Source: an uncultured Rhodoferax sp.
Lineage (GTDB): Bacteria; Pseudomonadota; Gammaproteobacteria; Burkholderiales; Burkholderiaceae_C
DNA: 64,000 nt
Reading direction: 5' to 3'
Assembly (NCBI GenBank): GCA_964558425.1
Contig: CAZLDV010000010.1
Location: 132 to 64,131 of the forward strand
The position numbers and the translations under genes are program-made. Under the pieces are notes generated by a model. That model was given only the letters and a program-made list of their open reading frames with translations, was not told the DNA's origin and ran no database searches. This document shows positions 58,595 through 64,000 of this stretch, piece by piece (positions within the stretch are counted from its first letter, which is position 1; every line of letters begins with the position of its first letter).

Positions 58595-60609
58595 CGGCTT
58601 GGCCATGGTAGCTGACGGAATTCTCGCCGCAAGCCGTGCACCGTCAGTGCGCCGGCGGCTGCCGGTGGTGCGTAGCGCATGGCTTCGAGTCGCAACAGCC
58701 AGGCACATACCGCCTGGACCCGGGCGTCGTGCGGACCCCAATGGCGGCGCGCCAGTTGCGCCAGCGCGCGAGGCGGGCTGTTCGGCATGACCGGCAGCCC
58801 TGCCGCGGCGAGCCGGCGCGCAGCAGCGCCGAGCAGGCGCAGCCAGGGGTCCTGCCGGTGGTGATCCCGGACGGTCCAGGCCGCGCCGAGCAGGCTGGTG
58901 GCCACGATCAGGGCGATCAGCAGGGTGCCCAGGTCCTCCCAGCTCGGGGTTTCGAAGCCGATGTCCTTGAGCAGGTCCAGCTGCGTGGTCTGGCTGTAGT
59001 TGAGCACCCATTGGTTCCATCCGTTGTTCAGCGCCTCCCAGCTGGCGCGCAGGTTGAACCAGACCACCGGGTTGACCGCTTCCATGGCGGTCGCTATCAC
59101 ACCGCGCGGCGCAACCAGCCGTTGCAGCGAGCCGATGCGGCCCGGCGCCACGGCGGCGGTCGGGTCGATGCGCACCCATCCCCGACCGGCCAGCCAGACC
59201 TCGGCCCAGGCATGTGCGTCGCTCTGGCGCAGTATCCAGTAGCCATCCACGCTGTTTACTTCGCCACCCTGGTACCCGGTGACGATGCGCGCCGGGATGT
59301 CCAGTGCGCGCATCAGGATCACGAAAGACGAAGCGATATGTTCACAAAAGCCGGCGCGCCGGTCGAACCAGAATTCGTCCGCGGTGTTGATGCCGTACAG
59401 CCCCGGCTCCAGCGTATAGCGGTAGCCGCCGGTGCGCAGCCGTTGCAGTACCGTGTCGATCAATCGGTCCGGCTGCTCGCCGCGGGGCTGGTCGCGGCGC
59501 AACTCGGCTGCCCACTGGAGCGTGCGCGGATTGAGGCCTGCCGGAAGTTCCAGGTAGTCCTGCAGCGCTGCGGTTCGCACGCGTGGACCGAAGCTGAACG
59601 CGGTATGGCTTCGGGCGGTGTAACGCAGCAGTTCAGACACCGGTCGGTCGGTGAGCCATTGCAACTGGCGCGACAGGTGCAGCGCCATGCCCGGCACGAC
59701 GGGCGTGTCGAGCGCCGCGTCGAGGACGAAGATCCAGGGGCGGTTGTTCGGCTCCAGCGTGACCTGGTAGCCGATGGCGTCGCCCTGCACCTGCAGGTTC
59801 GGCGGGTCCTGCCAGCGCTCCGGAATGGCCGAGCGCAGCGGCAACCACTGACGGCCTTGCAAGGTCGACAAGACCGGTCCGCGGAAGTACAGCTCCGATT
59901 GCCGTGGTGGCAGCCCTTCGAAGCGCACCCGCATCGCAATGCTGTCGTCGAGCGCGAGCTCGGCGATGGTGCCGACCTCCATGCTGGCTGACAGGCCGCT
60001 GCGCCCGCTCATCGCGTCGCCCGGCATGCCCCAGAGCGGCGAGAGTCGTGGAAACAGCAGGAACAGCACCAGCATGATCGGTGCACCGAGGGCGGCCATC
60101 GTGAGCGCGGTCGCCGCCGCCTCGCGCAGCGGTGGCTTGCCCACCGGCATGTGGGTGTTGACCAAGGCTGTCAGCAAGCCCAGCAGGGCGATCAGCATGG
60201 CAGCGGCGGTGAGCAGCGACTGCGAGAAGAAGAAGTTGGTCAGCATCGTGAAGAAGCTCAGGAAGAACACGACGAAGGCGTCGCGCCGGGCGCGCAATTC
60301 CAGCGTCTTGAGCGTCAGCAGCACGACCAGCAAGGTCACTCCGGCATCACGGCCGAGCACGGTGCGGTGGGTCATCAGCGTGGCGGCCACCGTCAGCAGC
60401 AGCAGGCCGAGCAGCCACCAGCGCGAGGGCAGCGGACGGCTGCGCCAGGCGAGCACGCCGCGCCAGACCAATACCGCCATCGCCAGCGCGGAGCACCACA
60501 GGGGCAGACGGCCCAGCTGCGGAGCCAGCACACCGGCAATCACCAGCAGCAGGAACAAGGTGTCGCGGGTGTCGCGCGGCAGGTGACGCAGTCGCTCGAA
60601 CATCGGCAT
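58591..60609 (-). CDS. TgpA-like membrane transglutaminase (DUF3488 + transglutaminase)
   Basis: TM region with LKTLE, FPRL; GFCEHIAS, ARIVTGYQGG, DAHAWAEVW, WVRIDPT. Confidence 0.9.
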   Translation of the reverse strand: MPMFERLRHLPRDTRDTLFLLLVIAGVLAPQLGRLPLWCSALAMAVLVWRGVLAWRSRPLPSRWWLLGLLLLTVAATLMTHRTVLGRDAGVTLLVVLLTLKTLELRARRDAFVVFFLSFFTMLTNFFFSQSLLTAAAMLIALLGLLTALVNTHMPVGKPPLREAAATALTMAALGAPIMLVLFLLFPRLSPLWGMPGDAMSGRSGLSASMEVGTIAELALDDSIAMRVRFEGLPPRQSELYFRGPVLSTLQGRQWLPLRSAIPERWQDPPNLQVQGDAIGYQVTLEPNNRPWIFVLDAALDTPVVPGMALHLSRQLQWLTDRPVSELLRYTARSHTAFSFGPRVRTAALQDYLELPAGLNPRTLQWAAELRRDQPRGEQPDRLIDTVLQRLRTGGYRYTLEPGLYGINTADEFWFDRRAGFCEHIASSFVILMRALDIPARIVTGYQGGEVNSVDGYWILRQSDAHAWAEVWLAGRGWVRIDPTAAVAPGRIGSLQRLVAPRGVIATAMEAVNPVVWFNLRASWEALNNGWNQWVLNYSQTTQLDLLKDIGFETPSWEDLGTLLIALIVATSLLGAAWTVRDHHRQDPWLRLLGAAARRLAAAGLPVMPNSPPRALAQLARRHWGPHDARVQAVCAWLLRLEAMRYAPPAAAGALTVHGLRREFRQLPWPSR

Positions 60610-61646
60610 CACCGGGGACTTGCCGCCGGCGTTCCATGCAGCGCCAGCGCCTCCAGGCACTGGCGCTTGTGCGCTTCGCCCCGTCCCGGCCTGATCTCCT
60701 GCGTTCCCAGTCGCAGTCCATAGTCCTGATCCTGCCGCTCGGCGGCCAGCACCCAGGCGCACAGCCGTGACAAGGCGCGCTCCAGCGGCGCGCCCGCTCC
60801 GTGACCCGCCATCGGCACGCCGGTGACGGCGAGGTCGAGCCACAGCGTGTGGCGTTGTGGCTGGTGGGTGTCGCGACTGACCAGCTCGTTGGCCTTGGCC
60901 AGTTTCTTCCAGACCACCAGTTTGCGCGGGTCTCCGCGTTGGTAGCTGCGCACGCCGTCGAACTCGCCACTGGCGCGGGGCAGGTGTGCGGCGGCGCCGC
61001 CACCCGCGCGGGGTTCACCCTCCGGCAACGGCGGTGGCCAGGTCTCGGGGGCCGGATACACCAGCACCTGACTGGCCGGCCGCCAGACAGTCCAGACCCG
61101 GAAGGTGCCCAGCGGGAATCGGGTCTCGGCGCTCAAAGCCGGTATCGGTTGCAGGCCGCGCTGTTGTGGCAGGAACGCCAACTGCACCGTGGTGCGACCC
61201 TGCGAGGGCACATCGGTCCAGACCCAGTGGCCGCTACCCATCACACGCAGGCCGATGCCGTGGCGTACCCGCTGGCGGGTGCTGACCAGGTCGATGCCCA
61301 GGGTGGTGCCAGCGCCCATGAATCCGGCCGCAACCGGCTGCAATTGCAGCGTCAGGCCGCGCAGCGTCCCGTGGCACAGATGCATGCCGATCAGTGCACT
61401 GCCCGCCAGCAGGAAGGTCAGCAGGTAGCCCAGATTGAGCTGGTAGTTGATCGACGCCACCAGCAGCACCAGCAAGGTGGCTGCGAGCATGCATCCGGGC
61501 CGCGTCGGCAGGATGTAGACGTTGCGCTGGGTCAGCAGCGTGCTGTCCGCGCGTGGCAGGCGCATTTCCCACCAGCGGCCCAACCGGGCCCGCAGGTGTG
61601 CCATCGGGTGCCGCAGCGGATCGGGCAGGGAAGGGGCAGTTTCCAT
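60609..61646 (-). CDS. DUF58 domain protein
   Basis: YILPTRPG, INYQLNLGY, TRFPLG, LVYPAP, FDGVRSYQRGD..WK. Confidence 0.9.
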   Translation of the reverse strand: METAPSLPDPLRHPMAHLRARLGRWWEMRLPRADSTLLTQRNVYILPTRPGCMLAATLLVLLVASINYQLNLGYLLTFLLAGSALIGMHLCHGTLRGLTLQLQPVAAGFMGAGTTLGIDLVSTRQRVRHGIGLRVMGSGHWVWTDVPSQGRTTVQLAFLPQQRGLQPIPALSAETRFPLGTFRVWTVWRPASQVLVYPAPETWPPPLPEGEPRAGGGAAAHLPRASGEFDGVRSYQRGDPRKLVVWKKLAKANELVSRDTHQPQRHTLWLDLAVTGVPMAGHGAGAPLERALSRLCAWVLAAERQDQDYGLRLGTQEIRPGRGEAHKRQCLEALALHGTPAASPR

Positions 61647-61660
61647 GCTGGCGCACCTGC

Positions 61661-62581
61661 TCAGGCCAGTGCCACCGCCTGGACCATTGCACGCACCTGT
61701 TCGACCGCGCCGCGACCGGCATCGCCGACCGGAATCAGGCGGTGCGCGATCGTCTGAGGCAGGATAGCCTGCACATCGTCGGGTGCGACATAGTCACGGC
61801 CACTGAGCAAGGCCTGCGCCTTGGCCGCACGGATCACCGCGATGCCGGCGCGCGGACTCAGGCCCTGGAGGAACCATTGGCCGCTGCGGGTTGCCGCGAT
61901 CAGGTCCTGCACATGGTCGAGCAAGGGTTCGGATGCGTGCACCAGCAGCACCTGCCGCTGCAACTGCATGAGGTCGTGTGGCGCCATCAGTATGTCCATC
62001 GACGCGACCAGGTCACGGCGGTCATGGCCGGTCAGCAGACCGCGTTCGGCGGCGCGGTCAGGGTAACCCAGCGAGATGCGCATCAGGAACCGGTCGAGCT
62101 GCGATTCGGGCAAGGCATAGGTTCCCAGCTGGTCATGCGGGTTCTGGGTGGCGATGACGAAAAACGGCACTGGCAGAAGGCGGGTTTCGCCTTCCGCGGT
62201 GACCTGCTTTTCCTCCATCGCCTCCAGCAGTGCGCTCTGGGTCTTGGGACTGGCGCGGTTGATCTCGTCGGCCAGCAGGACCTGGGCAAATATCGGTCCG
62301 GGATGGAACACGAACGCCTCCGTGGCGCGCTCGTAGATCGACACGCCGGACAGGTCGCTGGGCATCAGGTCCGAGGTGAACTGCACGCGCGAGAACTGCA
62401 GACCGAAACAGCGTGCCAGCGCGTGCGCCAGCGTGGTCTTGCCGACACCCGGGACATCCTCGATGAGCAAGTGGCCGCCGGCCAGCAGGCATGCGACGCA
62501 GTCCTGGATCTGGGCCGCTTTTCCGACGATGACCGTGTTAAGCTGATCGAGGACCCGTTGCAGTGTGTCGTGTGCATGCAT
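61661..62581 (-). CDS. moxR: MoxR-like AAA+ ATPase
   Basis: EDVPGVGKTT, QFTSDLMPSD, LADEINRASPKTQSALLEAMEE, ATQNP, LPESQLDRF. Confidence 0.93.
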   Translation of the reverse strand: MHAHDTLQRVLDQLNTVIVGKAAQIQDCVACLLAGGHLLIEDVPGVGKTTLAHALARCFGLQFSRVQFTSDLMPSDLSGVSIYERATEAFVFHPGPIFAQVLLADEINRASPKTQSALLEAMEEKQVTAEGETRLLPVPFFVIATQNPHDQLGTYALPESQLDRFLMRISLGYPDRAAERGLLTGHDRRDLVASMDILMAPHDLMQLQRQVLLVHASEPLLDHVQDLIAATRSGQWFLQGLSPRAGIAVIRAAKAQALLSGRDYVAPDDVQAILPQTIAHRLIPVGDAGRGAVEQVRAMVQAVALA

Positions 62582-62622
62582 GGCATGACGTTACCCGAAT
62601 TTTTCCGTTGAACCCTGGCGCC

Positions 62623-63576
62623 ATGAACAAGACCGGCTACTACACGCACCCCGCCTGCCGACTGCACGAAATGGGCGAAGGGCACCCCGAATGCCCGCAG
62701 CGGCTCGACGCAATCGAAGACCGGTTGTTGATCTCGGGCGTGGGCGATGCGCTCGATCGCCGCGAGGCGCCGGCGGCGCCGCTGTCCGACATCGAGCTGG
62801 TCCATGGACGCATGTATGTCGCCGGCTTGCGCGGCCTGGCCGACGGACTGCGTGACGACATTGCCGCCGGTGGACCGCGCCATGCGCAGGTCGACCCGGA
62901 TACCGCGATGAACATCCATACCTGGGACGCCGCCTTGCACGCCGCCGGTGCCGCCATTGCCGCCACCGACGCGGTCATCGCGGGCGAGTTGGAGAACGCG
63001 TTTTGTGCCGTGCGCCCGCCCGGCCACCATGCCTGCCGCGACCAGGCGATGGGGTTCTGCTTCATCAACAACGTGGCGCTGGCGGCCAGATATGCGCTGG
63101 AACGCCATGGCCTGCAACGGGTCGCGATTGCCGACTTCGACGTGCACCATGGCAATGGCACCGAAGACATCGTTGCCGGTGATGCACGCATCCTGATGGT
63201 CAGCTTCTATCAGCATCCGTTTTACCCGATCGGTGGCTCGCGCTCGAGCGCCGGCAACCTGGTGAACCTGCCGGTGCCGGCGTATACCAAGGGCCCGGAG
63301 GTGCGCGAACTGGTGGAGCAGGGCTGGATTCCCCGGCTCGAGGAGTTCCGGCCCGAAATGATTTTCGTCAGCGCCGGGTTCGACGCGCACCGGGAAGACG
63401 ACATGGGCCAGATGGGGCTGGTCGAGCAGGACTACGCCTGGATCACGCAGCGACTCAAGGATGTGGCACGCCGCCATGCGCGCGGGCGCATCGTCTCGTG
63501 CCTCGAAGGCGGTTACAACCTGAGCGCGCTGGGGCGCAGTGTGGAGGCGCATCTGCGCGTGCTGGCGGACGTGTGA
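62623..63576 (+). CDS. Histone deacetylase family protein
   Basis: HPECPQRL, RPPGHHA, GFCFINN, DFDVHHGNGT, SAGFDAH, LEGGY. Confidence 0.94.
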   Translation: MNKTGYYTHPACRLHEMGEGHPECPQRLDAIEDRLLISGVGDALDRREAPAAPLSDIELVHGRMYVAGLRGLADGLRDDIAAGGPRHAQVDPDTAMNIHTWDAALHAAGAAIAATDAVIAGELENAFCAVRPPGHHACRDQAMGFCFINNVALAARYALERHGLQRVAIADFDVHHGNGTEDIVAGDARILMVSFYQHPFYPIGGSRSSAGNLVNLPVPAYTKGPEVRELVEQGWIPRLEEFRPEMIFVSAGFDAHREDDMGQMGLVEQDYAWITQRLKDVARRHARGRIVSCLEGGYNLSALGRSVEAHLRVLADV

Positions 63577-63872
63577 GGCGGCGCGCCGGCGTGTCGCCGC
63601 GAGGCCTGCCGCGCCGGCCCGCCCCCACGCGAGCGTGCACCGCAGCCCGCAGGGTGAAGGTACCCTGATGCGACGGCAGACACCTGCTGGCTACAATGAA
63701 AAGCACGGTCGTTCCATTTTGACGATAGCCGTGTCGCAGCCGTTTCGCGCCATGTCGCCACCGCGTCGTGCGCGGCGTCGGGTGGCGCATAGAATGTTGC
63801 GGTTGCCGTCGGACGAAAGCGGTCCGGCGTGGAATTCGACAGGTCAATAACCATCCACATGGAGTTTTTGCA

Positions 63873-64000
63873 ATGAAGGTACTGGTGCCGGTCAAGCGCG
63901 TGGTCGACTACAACGTCAAGGTCCGCGTCAAATCCGATGGCAGCGGCGTGGACATCGCCAATGTCAAGATGAGCATGAATCCGTTTGACGAGATCGCGAT
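63873..64000 (+). CDS. etfB: Electron transfer flavoprotein beta subunit (5' part)
   Basis: Manual translation [42 protein letters not shown]; runs off the window. Confidence 0.93.
   Translation, partial: MKVLVPVKRVVDYNVKVRVKSDGSGVDIANVKMSMNPFDEIA

Noticed and set aside
63577-63872. Small RNA or ORF between the HDAC gene and etfB
   Set aside because: GC-rich partial hairpins and a promoter-like TAGAAT only; no recognisable RNA family or credible protein.
1-64000. CRISPR arrays, tRNA/rRNA genes, tandem-repeat arrays
   Set aside because: Intergenic gaps are short (mostly under 360 bp), and no regularly spaced repeats or tRNA/rRNA signatures were recognised by eye.

Overview
GC-rich betaproteobacterial chromosome segment (Burkholderiales/Comamonadaceae-like, judged from the RpsT, PcnB, Hda and EtfB sequences and gene order). 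1-8.6 kb: housekeeping block rpsT-murJ-sirB1-purM-perM-hda-HAD-pcnB-folK. Next come an orphan CoxL/Xdh-type molybdoenzyme large subunit and a PEP-CTERM gene with a sigma54 promoter. About 12-36.5 kb is an accessory catabolic island: sugar-type ABC transporter, SnoaL/NTF2 proteins, cupin, HpcH aldolase, OtnK/OtnC, a divergent aspartase, a SnoaL-asparaginase chimera, LysR and LacI. Most notably, the island carries all four components of a cobalamin-dependent methyltransferase system of the kind known from anaerobic acetogens: a pterin-binding methyltransferase, a corrinoid protein, an ASKHA/RACo activator and a UroD-like methyltransferase. Both of its transcription units have an FNR-type box plus a shared LacI-type operator. 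36.5-49 kb: two circularly permuted ATP-grasp/alpha-E modules on either side of comEC; one also has transglutaminases, and its DUF2126 gene is broken by a deletion. 49-54 kb: a 1774-aa TM-5xPAS-HK-REC-Hpt-REC-EAL protein. The window ends with LysR/ligW-like/Bug, moxR-DUF58-tgpA-mltB, an HDAC-family gene and the start of etfB. No tRNA, rRNA, CRISPR array, integrase or transposase was seen. All calls come from motif recognition by eye; no database search was run.
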